Origin: Alphaproteobacteria bacterium
GTDB taxonomy: Bacteria > Pseudomonadota > Alphaproteobacteria > UBA828
NCBI GenBank assembly: GCA_965221125.1
Contig: CBDCRW010000006.1
Span: forward strand, 448,001-512,000
Reading direction: 5' to 3'
Length of the DNA: 64,000 nt
The position numbers and the translations under genes are program-made. This document shows, piece after piece, positions 1-9,620 of the stretch. Every line of letters begins with the position of its first letter. The first letter of the stretch is position 1. The notes under the pieces were generated by a model. That model was not told where the DNA came from and searched no databases. It worked only from the letters and a program-made list of their open reading frames with translations.

Positions 1-669
1 GACCCCGATATCGCCCAGCTGCTGCGGCCGGTCGAAGGCGTCCAGCACCTCGACGATCTCCGGCGTCACGGTGAACTCCAGCTCCTCGTCGCCCCGTTCC
101 ACGGCGAGCGTGAGCGGCTCGCCCAGGCTCTGGAGCAGGGTGAACTGGAGTTCCTCGAAGCGCTCGACCCGGCTGCCGTTGAGCTCGACCAGCCTGTCGC
201 CAGGCTCCAGCCCGGCGACGGCGGCGGGGCTGCCGGCGCGCACGGTGCCGATCTCAACCGGCGTGTAGCGCTGGCCGACGACGAGGAAGAAGACGGCGAA
301 GATCGCCGCCGCGAGCAGGAGGTTCGCGAACGGCCCCGCGAAGGCGATGGCCGAGCGCTTGCCCACCGACTTGGCGTAGAAGGAATCGTGCGGCAGCGGC
401 TCGTCGCTTTCGGCAGACGAGCTGGCGACGTCGGCATCGCCGGCGAACTTCACGTAGCCGCCGAGGGGAAGCGCGGAGAGGCGCCAGCGCGTTCCGTGCT
501 TATCCTCGATGCCGAACAGCTCCGGCCCGAAGCCGACCGAAAACACTTCGACGCGCACGCCGTTGATCCGCGCCACCAGGTAATGGCCGAGCTCGTGGAC
601 GAACACCACGGGCGTGATGATCGCCAGAAACGGCCAGATGTAGTTGATCTTGTCGACGATGAGGTCCAT
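1..669 (-). CDS. rseP: RIP (site-2) metalloprotease RseP, 5' part (runs off the left edge)
   Basis: Not in the ORF track. Minus-strand translation from ATG at 669: MDLIVDKINYIWPFLAIITPVVFVHELGHYLVARINGVRVEVFSVGFGPELF...LSALPLGGYVKF...IAFAGPFANL. Shows the HExxH, FSVGFGP, GGYV and AGP motifs of RseP. Confidence 0.93.
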   Translation of the reverse strand, partial: MDLIVDKINYIWPFLAIITPVVFVHELGHYLVARINGVRVEVFSVGFGPELFGIEDKHGTRWRLSALPLGGYVKFAGDADVASSSAESDEPLPHDSFYAKSVGKRSAIAFAGPFANLLLAAAIFAVFFLVVGQRYTPVEIGTVRAGSPAAVAGLEPGDRLVELNGSRVERFEELQFTLLQSLGEPLTLAVERGDEELEFTVTPEIVEVLDAFDRPQQLGDIGV

Positions 670-965
670 GGCGTGGGCGTGCGGCTATGATGGATCGCTG
701 GCGCCGGGTCGCGCCGGGCCGAGCGACGGGTTGGACGAGGCGGTCGAAGTGGCGCCGCCGATTATACACACTGTGGCGCATGCGCCCGCAATTCAACCGC
801 AATTCGGTGTGAAGAGCGGGGCGAGGTGCAGAGGGGCGAGACGGTGCATGCTTGCGGGAGGCTACCATTCGGGGCAAGTTGCCGGGCCATGAGAGCCGGC
901 TCTGCGTGCGCTTCGCGTTCAGGCGGGGTACGGCCCATTGCGGGCTGCAGCCAGCGTGTAGAGCG

Positions 966-3710
966 ATGAATGCGCCTGACGCGCGGCCTTCGAACCTCTT
1001 CGAGCCGCAGGCCCTAGCGGACGCGATCGCCCGGCTCGGCCGGGACGACCGCAAAGGCGTCCTGGACCTGACGAAGCGCGCCTGCGACGAGGGCCGCGCG
1101 GAACTCTGCCGGCGCCTCGAATCGGGGGCCTCCGGTGCCGAGATCGTCGCGGCCCGGACGGCGATGGTCGACCGGCTGCTCGGCGTGCTGCTCGATCACG
1201 CGGCGCATACCCTCTACCCGGAGCCCAATCCGACCACAGCAAGCCGCCTCTCGCTGGTCGCGGTGGGCGGCTACGGCCGGGGCGACCTCGCGCCCCATTC
1301 CGATATCGATATCCTCGTTCTCCATCCCTACAAGCTGACCGGACGCAGCGAGCAGATCGTCGAGCATCTGCTCTACATGCTGTGGGATCTCGGCTTCGCC
1401 GTAGGTCATGCCACGCGTTCGGTCGACGACTGTCTGGGCCGGGCAAGGCGGGACATGACGATCCGCACCTCCGTGCTCGAATCGCGCCCCGTGTGGGGCG
1501 ATGCGGCGCTCTACGACGGGTTCCGCCGGCGCTTCCTCACCGAGCTGGTGCCCGGCACCGAGGCCGAGTTCGTCGCCGCCAAGCTGCGCGAACGCGACGA
1601 GCGCCACGTGCGCGCCGGCGATTCGCGCTATCTGCTCGAGCCCAACGTGAAGGACGGCAAGGGCGGCCTGCGCGACCTCCACGTGCTGTTCTGGATCGCC
1701 AGGTACCTCTTCCGCATCGACCGTTTCGGCGCGCTCGCCGACCGGGGCGTGCTGAACGAGCACGAGCACGACCGCTTCGTGCGGGCGCAGGATTTTCTCT
1801 GGCGGGTCCGGGCGCACCTCCACGTCGTCTGCGGGCGCGCGGAGGATCGCCTCACCTTCGACCGGCAGCCGGAGATCGCGGCGCGGATGGGCTACGGGCC
1901 GCGCCGCGGCAACCTCGCCGTCGAGCGGTTCATGAAACACTATTTCCTCGTCGCGAAGAGCGTCGGCGAGCTCACGCGGGTCCTGTGCGCGGCGCTGGAG
2001 GCGGAGCGGCTCCACACCGCGCCGGTCCACCGCTCCGGGATCGAGACGGGGCCTCTCCGCGACGGGCTGTTCGTCTCCGGCGGGCGCATCGCTGCGGTCG
2101 GCGAGAACACCTTCGGCGAGCGCCCGGTGCGCCTGGTCACGATCTTCCGCCGGGCGCAGACCGAAGGCCGCGACATCCATCCGGCGACGCTCCGCCTGAT
2201 CCACCAGGGCCACGGGCTCATCACCGCGGCGGTGCGCGACGATGCGGAGGCGAACCGCGCCTTCCGCGCGATCCTCACCGACGAGCGCAACCCCGAGCAG
2301 GTCCTGCGGATGATGAACGAGGCCGGCGTGATGGGCCGCTTCCTGCCGGACTTCGGGCGCGTCGTGGGGCAGACCCAGCTCGACCTCTACCACGTCTACA
2401 CCGTGGACGAGCACAGCATCCGCGCCATCGGCGTGCTCAGCGCGATCGAGAGGGGGGCCCTCGCCGACGAGCTGCCGCTCGCCAGCACCCTCGTTCACCA
2501 GTTGCGGATGCGCGACGTGCTCTACCTCGCGCTGCTGCTGCACGACGTGGCGAAGGGGCGGGGTGGCGACCACTCGGAGATCGGCGCCGACATCGCGCGC
2601 GACGTTGCCCGGCGGCTGGCGTTCACGCCGGACGAGGTCGAGACCGTCGCCTGGCTGGTCCGCTGGCACCTGCTCTTCAGCATGACCGCCTTCAAGCGCG
2701 ACCCCAACGATCCCCGCACCGTCGACGATTTCGTGGGCCGCGTCCGCTCGCTGGAGCGACTGCGGCTGCTGCTGGTGCTGACCGCCGCCGACATCACCGC
2801 CGTGGGGCCGGGACGCATGACGGCGTGGAAGGCGTCGCTGCTGCGCATGCTCTACCACCGCGCCGAGGCGGTGCTCGCGGGCGGCCGCGAGGCCGAGGAC
2901 CGGGAGGCCCGCGTGGCGACGGCCAGGAAGAAGCTGCGCACGCGGCTCGCGGACTGGCCCGAGGCCGACATCGCGCACTTCGAGGAGAGGCTGCCCCTCA
3001 CTTACTGGCTCGCCACCGACGCAGGGATGCAGGAGCGCCACGCCCGCCTCGTGCGGGGCGGGGGCAGGGGGCCGCTGGTCGAATCCCGCATCGACCGGAC
3101 CAGGGACGCGACGGAGATGACGCTCTTCACGCCGGATTTCATCGGCCTCTTCGCCCGCATCGCCGGCGCGGTGGCGAGGTCCGGTGCCAGCATCGTCGAT
3201 GCCCGCGTCTTCACCACCAACGACGGGATGGCCATCGACACGATCTGGATCCAGGCGGCCGACGGCAGCGCGATCGGCGACGAAGACCGCCTGGAGCGGC
3301 TGGAGAGGCGCGTGGTCCGCGCGCTCGCCGAGGATGGCGCGGACGCCGGGGCTGCGGACGAGGCGGCGTTCGTGGCCCCGCCGCCGGCGCGCACCGCTGC
3401 CATCGCGCTCGAGCCCCACGTCCTCGTCGACAACGGTGCCAGCACCGGCTTCACGGTGATCGAGGTGAGCGCGCGCGATCGACCGGGGCTTCTCTACGAC
3501 ATCACGCGCACGCTCAGCGCCTGCGGCGTCTCCATCGGCTCGGCGCACATCTCGACGGTGGGCTCCCGCGCCGTCGATGTCTTCTACGTGCGGGACCGCT
3601 TCGGCCTCAAACTCTCCCGCGAGGCGCAGATCGCGCGGGTGCAGGAGCGCCTGAGCGAGATGCTGGCCCGCGACTCCCGCGATGCGCCGCTCCGCCGTGC
3701 GGCCGGCTGA
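966..3710 (+). CDS. glnD: [Protein-PII] uridylyltransferase/uridylyl-removing enzyme
   Basis: AVGGYGRGDLAPHSDID NTase motif, EPNVKDGKGGLRDL, HD domain (HVYTVDEH, LLHDVAKG) and two C-terminal ACT domains (ARDRPGLL). Start placed at ATG 966. Confidence 0.97.
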   Translation: MNAPDARPSNLFEPQALADAIARLGRDDRKGVLDLTKRACDEGRAELCRRLESGASGAEIVAARTAMVDRLLGVLLDHAAHTLYPEPNPTTASRLSLVAVGGYGRGDLAPHSDIDILVLHPYKLTGRSEQIVEHLLYMLWDLGFAVGHATRSVDDCLGRARRDMTIRTSVLESRPVWGDAALYDGFRRRFLTELVPGTEAEFVAAKLRERDERHVRAGDSRYLLEPNVKDGKGGLRDLHVLFWIARYLFRIDRFGALADRGVLNEHEHDRFVRAQDFLWRVRAHLHVVCGRAEDRLTFDRQPEIAARMGYGPRRGNLAVERFMKHYFLVAKSVGELTRVLCAALEAERLHTAPVHRSGIETGPLRDGLFVSGGRIAAVGENTFGERPVRLVTIFRRAQTEGRDIHPATLRLIHQGHGLITAAVRDDAEANRAFRAILTDERNPEQVLRMMNEAGVMGRFLPDFGRVVGQTQLDLYHVYTVDEHSIRAIGVLSAIERGALADELPLASTLVHQLRMRDVLYLALLLHDVAKGRGGDHSEIGADIARDVARRLAFTPDEVETVAWLVRWHLLFSMTAFKRDPNDPRTVDDFVGRVRSLERLRLLLVLTAADITAVGPGRMTAWKASLLRMLYHRAEAVLAGGREAEDREARVATARKKLRTRLADWPEADIAHFEERLPLTYWLATDAGMQERHARLVRGGGRGPLVESRIDRTRDATEMTLFTPDFIGLFARIAGAVARSGASIVDARVFTTNDGMAIDTIWIQAADGSAIGDEDRLERLERRVVRALAEDGADAGAADEAAFVAPPPARTAAIALEPHVLVDNGASTGFTVIEVSARDRPGLLYDITRTLSACGVSIGSAHISTVGSRAVDVFYVRDRFGLKLSREAQIARVQERLSEMLARDSRDAPLRRAAG

Positions 3711-3744
3711 GCCGCCGGCCCACCGCCCGCCACCCGCGTAACCG

Positions 3745-5301
3745 ATGGCACTCGCCCGCTGGGCCGCAACCGTCGGCGGCTACACCATGGGCTCGCGGGT
3801 GCTGGGCTTCCTACGCGACATCCTGATCGCCTCGGTGCTCGGCGCAGGGCCGGTGGCGGACGCCTTCTTCGTCGCCTTCAAGCTGCCGAACTTCCTGCGG
3901 CGGCTGTTCGCGGAGGGCGCGTTCAACGCGGCCTTCGTGCCGCTCTTCGCGGGCACGCTGGAGCGCGACGGGCGCGAGGCGGCCAAGTCCTTCGCCGAGG
4001 ACGTCCTCACGGTCCTGCTGTGGACGCTGCTGGCGCTGGTGATCGTCGCCCAGATCGCGATGCCGTGGCTGATGCACGTGCTGGCGCCGGGCTTCGCCGA
4101 CGAGCCGGGGAAGCTCGAGCTTACCGTGCAGCTCACGCGGCTCACCTTCCCCTACATCCTGCTGATCTCGCTGGTATCGCTCCTGGGCGGGGTGCTGAAT
4201 TCGCTCTATCGCTTCGCCGCCGTCGCGGCCACGCCGATCCTGCTCAACCTCTGCCTGATCGCAGCCCTGCTCGGGCTCGCGCGCTGGACCGAGACGCCGG
4301 GGCACGCGCTTGCGGTGGGCGTCACGGTCGGCGGGATCCTGCAGTTCGTCTGGCTCGTCGTCGCGGCCTCGCGGGCGGGCATGTCGCTTCGCCTCCGCTG
4401 GCCCCGGCTCACACCGGGGGTGAAGCGCCTGCTGATCCTCGCGGCCCCGGCGGCGCTCGGCGCGGGCGTGGCGCAGATCAACCTGGTGGTCGACATCATC
4501 ATCGCCTCGCTGCTGCCGCCGGGCTCGGTCTCCTTCCTCTACTACGCCGACCGCGTGAACCAGCTTCCCCTCGGCGTCGTCGGCGTCGCGGTGGGGACCG
4601 CGCTGCTGCCGCTGCTGAGCCGCCAGCTCAGGGCGGGCGAGGCCGAGGAGGCGGTGGGCAGCCTCAACCGGGCGATCGAGATGGCGCTGCTGCTGGCGGT
4701 GCCGGCGGCGGTGGCACTCATCGTCATCGCCGGCCCCGTGATCGCGGTGCTCTTCGAGCGCGGCGCCTTCGGCGCGGGCGAGAGCAGCGCCACCGCCGGC
4801 GCGCTCGTCGCCTACGCCGCGGGCCTGCCGGCCTTCGTGCTCATCAAGGTGCTGGCGCCCGGCTACTTCGCGCGGCAGGACACGCGGACGCCGGTGCGGA
4901 TCGCGGTTCTCTGCCTGGTGGTGAACGTGGCGCTCAACCTCGCGCTCATGGGGCCGCTCGCGCACGTGGGGATCGCCCTGGCGACCACGCTCGCCGGCTG
5001 GCTCAACGTGGGCCTGCTGGCTGCGGGTCTCGCGCGGCGCGGCTACCTCAAGCCGGACGGGCGGCTGAAGCGCCGGCTGCCGCGCATGGTGGCAGCCGCG
5101 GCCGGCATGGCGGCGCTGCTCTGGGCGGTGGCGCTCGGCCTGGAAGGTCCGCTCGAGACCGCGGGCTTCCGCATCGCGGCGCTCGCCGCCATCGTCGTCG
5201 CCGGCCTCGTGGGCTACGGCGCGCTCGCCGCCGGCTTGGGCGCCCTGTCGCTCGGCGAGGTGCGCGCGCTGCTGGCCCGACAGCGCGAAGGCCAAGGTTG
5301 A
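3745..5301 (+). CDS. murJ: Lipid II flippase MurJ (MviN)
   Basis: SRVLGFLRD, ADAFFVAFKLPNFLRRLFAEGAF and YYADRVNQLPLG motifs; polytopic membrane protein. Confidence 0.97.
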   Translation: MALARWAATVGGYTMGSRVLGFLRDILIASVLGAGPVADAFFVAFKLPNFLRRLFAEGAFNAAFVPLFAGTLERDGREAAKSFAEDVLTVLLWTLLALVIVAQIAMPWLMHVLAPGFADEPGKLELTVQLTRLTFPYILLISLVSLLGGVLNSLYRFAAVAATPILLNLCLIAALLGLARWTETPGHALAVGVTVGGILQFVWLVVAASRAGMSLRLRWPRLTPGVKRLLILAAPAALGAGVAQINLVVDIIIASLLPPGSVSFLYYADRVNQLPLGVVGVAVGTALLPLLSRQLRAGEAEEAVGSLNRAIEMALLLAVPAAVALIVIAGPVIAVLFERGAFGAGESSATAGALVAYAAGLPAFVLIKVLAPGYFARQDTRTPVRIAVLCLVVNVALNLALMGPLAHVGIALATTLAGWLNVGLLAAGLARRGYLKPDGRLKRRLPRMVAAAAGMAALLWAVALGLEGPLETAGFRIAALAAIVVAGLVGYGALAAGLGALSLGEVRALLARQREGQG

Positions 5302-5352
5302 CGGCGGCGCCCGGGGGCGCGATAAGGCGCGCCGCTGCGGAGCGTTCCTGAC

Positions 5353-6345
5353 ATGAAGCGGGTCTTTTCCGGCGTTCAGCCGACCGGCAATCTGCACCTC
5401 GGCAACTACCTCGGCGCGATCAAGAACTGGGTCGCGATGCAGAGGGAGTACGACTGCATCTACTGCATCGTCGATCTGCACGCGATCACGGTGCCGCAGG
5501 ACCCTGCCGAGCTGACCGCGAACACGCGCGAGGTCACGGCCGGGCTGCTGGCTGCCGGGCTCGATCCGAAGAGGTGCATCATCTTCAACCAGAGCAGCGT
5601 CGGGGGCCACGCGGAGCTCGCCTGGATGCTCAACTGCTTCACCCCGCTCGGCTGGCTCAACCGGATGACCCAGTTCAAGGAGAAGGCGGGGAAGAAGCGG
5701 GAGAACGCGCTGCTCGGGCTCTACGCCTACCCGGTGCTGATGGCCGCCGACATCCTGCTCTACCACGCGACCGCGGTGCCGGTGGGCGAGGACCAAAAGC
5801 AGCATCTGGAACTTTCCCGCGATATCGCCGGCGCCTTCAACCGCGCCTATGACGTAGAATTCTTCCCGCTGCCGGAGCCGATGATCTTCGGCGCCGCCAC
5901 CCGGGTGATGAGCCTGCGCGACGGGCGCAGCAAGATGAGCAAGTCGGACGGCTCCGACTACGCGCGCATCAATCTCACCGACGACGCGGACACGCTCGCG
6001 CTCAAGATCAAGCGGGCCAAGACCGATTCCGAGCCGGGCCTCTCCTTCGATCCCGAGCGGAGGCCGGAGGCGGCGAACCTGCTGAGCATCTACGCGGCGC
6101 TCGCGGGCGAGCCGGTGGAGCGGGTCGTCGCCGAGCACACGGGCATGGGCTTCGCCGACTTCAAGGGCAAGCTCGCCGACCTCGCGATCGAGACCCTCGG
6201 CCCCATCGCCCGGCGCATGCGCGAGCTGCAGGCGGACCCCGGCTATATCGACGGGGTGCTGGCCGACGGCGCGGCGCGCGCGCACGCCATCGCCGACGCC
6301 AACCTCGCCCAAGTGCGGCGCATCATGGGGCTGCTCGAGGCCTGA
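5353..6345 (+). CDS. trpS: Tryptophan--tRNA ligase
   Basis: [38 protein letters not shown] and KMSKS motifs. Confidence 0.98.
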   Translation: MKRVFSGVQPTGNLHLGNYLGAIKNWVAMQREYDCIYCIVDLHAITVPQDPAELTANTREVTAGLLAAGLDPKRCIIFNQSSVGGHAELAWMLNCFTPLGWLNRMTQFKEKAGKKRENALLGLYAYPVLMAADILLYHATAVPVGEDQKQHLELSRDIAGAFNRAYDVEFFPLPEPMIFGAATRVMSLRDGRSKMSKSDGSDYARINLTDDADTLALKIKRAKTDSEPGLSFDPERRPEAANLLSIYAALAGEPVERVVAEHTGMGFADFKGKLADLAIETLGPIARRMRELQADPGYIDGVLADGAARAHAIADANLAQVRRIMGLLEA

Positions 6346-6501
6346 GCGTTTCCGTCCGAGACGGAAACGCTCTGATTCTTTGTCGCTCACGGCAGCTGGC
6401 CGTCCTGCGATTCCGCGCGCCTGCCGGCGCGACGGCCTGCTGCCTGCGCGGGCGGGCCGCTGTCGCGGCCTGTCGCGCGTCCGTCCGAGACGGACGCGCT
6501 C
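6344..6501. repeat. Double-hairpin intergenic repeat (MITE/REP-like), copy 1
   Basis: Left hairpin GAGCGTTTCCGT-CCGAG-ACGGAAACGCTC and right hairpin GCGCGTCCGT-CCGAG-ACGGACGCGC. Homologous along its length to 44427-44600. Overlaps the trpS stop codon. Confidence 0.85.
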
Positions 6502-6624
6502 AGGATCCACTTATTCGGCACGATTTCCCCGAATTCCGCGCGATTACAGACTTTTCGCTTGCGAAGCTTGAGCGGGAGGCGCATGTAGCGGACGCACTCC
6601 CTTACGGTTCATGCGACTCTTCCG

Positions 6625-7539
6625 ATGGAGATCTACCTCCCGATCGCCGAGCTTTCAGCCAATGCGCTGATTCTGCTCGCACTCGGCGGCGGGGTCGGTC
6701 TGCTGTCGGGCATGTTCGGCGTGGGCGGCGGGTTCCTGATGACGCCGCTGCTGATCTTTCTCGGCGTCACGCCGTCGGTCGCGGTCGGCACCGGCACGAA
6801 CCTCATCATCGCGTCCTCGGTCTCCGGCACCATGGCGCACTGGCGCCGGGGCAACGTCGATTTCCTGATCGGCGGGCTCATCTCCGCGGGCGGCGTCGGC
6901 GGCGCCTGGCTCGGCGCCTTCATCTTCAGGTTGCTGAGCGACGCCGGCCAGATCGACCTGGTGGTGTCGCTCTCCTACGTCGTGTTCCTCGCGGTGGTCG
7001 GCTGCCTGATGGGGGTCGAGAGCGTGAGGGCGACGGTGCGCCGCCAGCGCACGGCCCGGCGCAAGGCCCACGTCCACACCTGGATCCACGGGCTGCCGCT
7101 CCGGGTGCGCTTCCGCCGCTCCGGCCTCTACGGCAGCGCGATCCCGCCGTTCGCGCTGGGCTTCCTCATGGGCATCGTCGCCTCCATCATGGGCGTCGGC
7201 GGCGGCTTCTTCATGGTGCCCGCGATGATCTACCTCATCGGCATGCCGACGGCGGTGGTGGTCGGCACCTCGCTGCTCGGCATCATCGTGATCAGCTCGG
7301 TCTCCTGCTTCGCCCATGCCGTCAACAACAACAACGTCGACATCATCCTGGGGCTCCTGCTGGCGGTCGGCGCCGTCATCGGCGCGCAGTACGGCACGCG
7401 GATCGGCGGGCGCATCCGGGGCGAGCACCTGCGCGGCCTGCTGGCGCTCATGGTGCTCGCCGTCGGCGGCCGGCTGGCCTACTCGCTGGTGGTGATGCCG
7501 GACGATCCCTTCGCGGTCGCACCGCTGTGGCCGAACTGA
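6625..7539 (+). CDS. Sulfite exporter TauE/SafE (TSUP) family membrane protein
   Basis: Duplicated GMFGVGGGFLMTP / SIMGVGGGFFMVP motifs; MEIYLPIAE N-terminus typical of the alphaproteobacterial subfamily. Confidence 0.9.
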   Translation: MEIYLPIAELSANALILLALGGGVGLLSGMFGVGGGFLMTPLLIFLGVTPSVAVGTGTNLIIASSVSGTMAHWRRGNVDFLIGGLISAGGVGGAWLGAFIFRLLSDAGQIDLVVSLSYVVFLAVVGCLMGVESVRATVRRQRTARRKAHVHTWIHGLPLRVRFRRSGLYGSAIPPFALGFLMGIVASIMGVGGGFFMVPAMIYLIGMPTAVVVGTSLLGIIVISSVSCFAHAVNNNNVDIILGLLLAVGAVIGAQYGTRIGGRIRGEHLRGLLALMVLAVGGRLAYSLVVMPDDPFAVAPLWPN

Positions 7540-8312
7540 TGCGCCGCCTGCGCCGATATCTCGCTTTGGCGGTCGTCGCCGCGGCGCTCGCAGCCGAGGC
7601 GGGTGCGCACGCGGCGGCGCAGGACGAGGGCGCCGACGAGCCCCTGCTGATCGCGCTGTCGACGCAACGCATCGAGATCGACTCCAACTTCGCCGGCACC
7701 TCGATCCTGCTCTTCGGCGCGACCGACGTGGTGGGCGACGTCGTGGTCTCCGTGCGCGGCCCCGAGGAGCCGGTGGTGGTCCGCCGCAAGCGGCAGTCCG
7801 CCGGCGTCTGGATCAACCAGGAGGCGATCGCCTTCCGCAACGTGCCGGGCTACTACTTCGTCGCGGCGTCCCGGCCGCTGGAGGAGATCGCGCCGGCCGA
7901 GTACCTCGACCGCAAGCAGCTCGGCTCCGAGCGCCTGCTGCTGGAGGCCATCTGGTTCGACACGTCCGGCGACGCCGACGAGTTCCGCGCCGCGCTGCAC
8001 CGCCACCGGGAGCGCGACTCGCTCTACAAGTCCGCGCCGGGGACGGTCGAGTTCATCGACGAGCGGCTGTTCCGCACCACCATCGACCTGCCCGCCCACG
8101 TGCCGACCGGCGCTTACGTCGTAGAGGCGACGCTGGTGATGGGCGGCGAGGTCCTCAGCACGCGGACGGACGCGTTCAGCATCGAGAAGGCCGGCTTCTC
8201 GGCGGACATTTCCACCTTCGCGCGGGCGGACGAGGCGCTTTACGGCGTCATTGCTATCGCGCTCGCGCTGGTGGCAGGATGGCTGGGCAGCTTCGCCTTC
8301 CGCAAGGGCTGA
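7539..8312 (+). CDS. TIGR02186-type conserved membrane-anchored protein
   Basis: Signal peptide; IDSNFAGTSILLFGA, VRRKRQSAGVWIN and LFRTTIDLPAHVPTGAY; C-terminal TM helix. TGATG overlap with the TauE gene, its usual partner. Confidence 0.85.
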   Translation: MRRLRRYLALAVVAAALAAEAGAHAAAQDEGADEPLLIALSTQRIEIDSNFAGTSILLFGATDVVGDVVVSVRGPEEPVVVRRKRQSAGVWINQEAIAFRNVPGYYFVAASRPLEEIAPAEYLDRKQLGSERLLLEAIWFDTSGDADEFRAALHRHRERDSLYKSAPGTVEFIDERLFRTTIDLPAHVPTGAYVVEATLVMGGEVLSTRTDAFSIEKAGFSADISTFARADEALYGVIAIALALVAGWLGSFAFRKG

Positions 8313-8335
8313 GGACGCGGCGGGGGATCGATGCC

Positions 8336-8842
8336 ATGAGCGAGCAGTCGACGCCGGAGGCGGGCGGAGCCCACGTCGCCGGGCAGGTCACGTTCCTCGT
8401 CTGCGTCGCCGACGACGGCCACTCGGAGGTGGCGGCGCGGTTCGCCGCGTTGCGCGCGCGCAATTCCGGCGGGCATGTCTCGCTCCTCCACGTGATGCAG
8501 CCGCCGGAGTTCCAGCACTGGGCCGCGGTCGGCGAGCTGATGCGGCAGGAGACGCGGGAGGAGGCCGAGCTGCTGCTGCAGGGCATGGCCGCGAAGGTGA
8601 CGGAGGTCACCGGAGCGGCGCCGAGCACGGCGGTGCGCGAAGGCGGCATCGGCGACGAGATCCTGGGCCACATCGCCGAGCACGACGCGATCGACCTGCT
8701 GGTCGTCGGCGCGGCGCCGCCCGATCAGGGGCGCGGCTCGCTGATTTCCTGGCTCGCCGGCCAGCTTGCCGGCCAGCTCAACATCCCGCTCGTGGTCGTC
8801 CCCGGCAGCCTGAGCGACCAGCAGCTGCAGGACTTGACGTAG
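8336..8842 (+). CDS. Universal stress protein (Usp)
   Basis: FLVCVADD...AARFAALRA, LLVVGA and IPLVVVPGSL motifs; usual position between trpS and nfu. Confidence 0.9.
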   Translation: MSEQSTPEAGGAHVAGQVTFLVCVADDGHSEVAARFAALRARNSGGHVSLLHVMQPPEFQHWAAVGELMRQETREEAELLLQGMAAKVTEVTGAAPSTAVREGGIGDEILGHIAEHDAIDLLVVGAAPPDQGRGSLISWLAGQLAGQLNIPLVVVPGSLSDQQLQDLT

Positions 8843-9013
8843 CGGGCGCCGCCCCCATGTCTCCGGCAGCCGGCGATGCAAACCGGCGCTGTGGACAAGA
8901 TGTGCAATACGAACAATCGGAACGATAATACAATAGGTTACGCGTCGCACTTGACCGATGGGGCGCTCTGAAGCACCCTCCGGTCGCCCTTTGTGGGCAG
9001 GGTTGGAGACAGC

Positions 9014-9571
9014 ATGTTCATCCAGACCGAGCGGACCCCGAACCCGGCGACACTGAAATTCCTGCCGGGAGAGGCGGTGATGTCGTCCGGGACTGCGGAC
9101 TTCCGCGATGCCGAAGCGGCGGAGCGTTCGCCGCTGGCGCGGCGGCTGTTCCAGATCGAGGACGTCACCGGAGTCTTCTTCGGCGGCGATTTCGTCTCGG
9201 TGTCGAAGTCCGAGGAGGCCGACTGGCAGTTGCTGAAGCCGGTGATCCTCGGCGTGATCATGGAGCACTTCGTGGCCGGCCATCCGCTCCTCCTCGACAG
9301 TGCCGCAGAGACGGCAGAGGACCTGGCGGACGACGGCGCCGACGCGGAGATCGTCGCCCAGATCAAGGAGCTGCTGGATACGCGCGTGCGGCCGGCCGTC
9401 GCGCAGGACGGCGGCGACATCACGTATCAGGGCTTTCAAAACGGCATCGTGATGCTTCAGCTTCAGGGCTCGTGCCAGGGCTGCCCAAGCTCGACCATGA
9501 CCCTGAAGATGGGCATCGAGAACATGCTGAAACACTACATCCCGGAAGTCGTGGAGGTGCGGGCCGTCTAG
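9014..9571 (+). CDS. NifU/Nfu1-type Fe-S cluster carrier
   Basis: MFIQTERTPNPATLKF N-domain; VRPAVAQDGGDI and GSCQGCPSS (CxxC) C-domain. Confidence 0.95.
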   Translation: MFIQTERTPNPATLKFLPGEAVMSSGTADFRDAEAAERSPLARRLFQIEDVTGVFFGGDFVSVSKSEEADWQLLKPVILGVIMEHFVAGHPLLLDSAAETAEDLADDGADAEIVAQIKELLDTRVRPAVAQDGGDITYQGFQNGIVMLQLQGSCQGCPSSTMTLKMGIENMLKHYIPEVVEVRAV

Positions 9572-9620
9572 CACGGCGCGTGCATTCCCGGCGAAGCCGG
9601 GGGAGGGGAGACAGGGCGTT

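Noticed and set aside
1014-6510. Very long antisense and alternate-frame ORFs (e.g. 1014..3548, 1382..3826, 3811..6510, and similar ones across the window)
   Set aside because: Shadow ORFs caused by high GC3 codon bias. They are low-complexity R/A/G/P-rich, have no motifs, and overlap well-supported genes.
8895-8940. AT-rich stretch with GAAC-N5-GAAC upstream of nfu as a possible LexA box
   Set aside because: The alphaproteobacterial LexA site needs GAAC-N7-GAAC and the spacing here is 5. Probably just promoter DNA.
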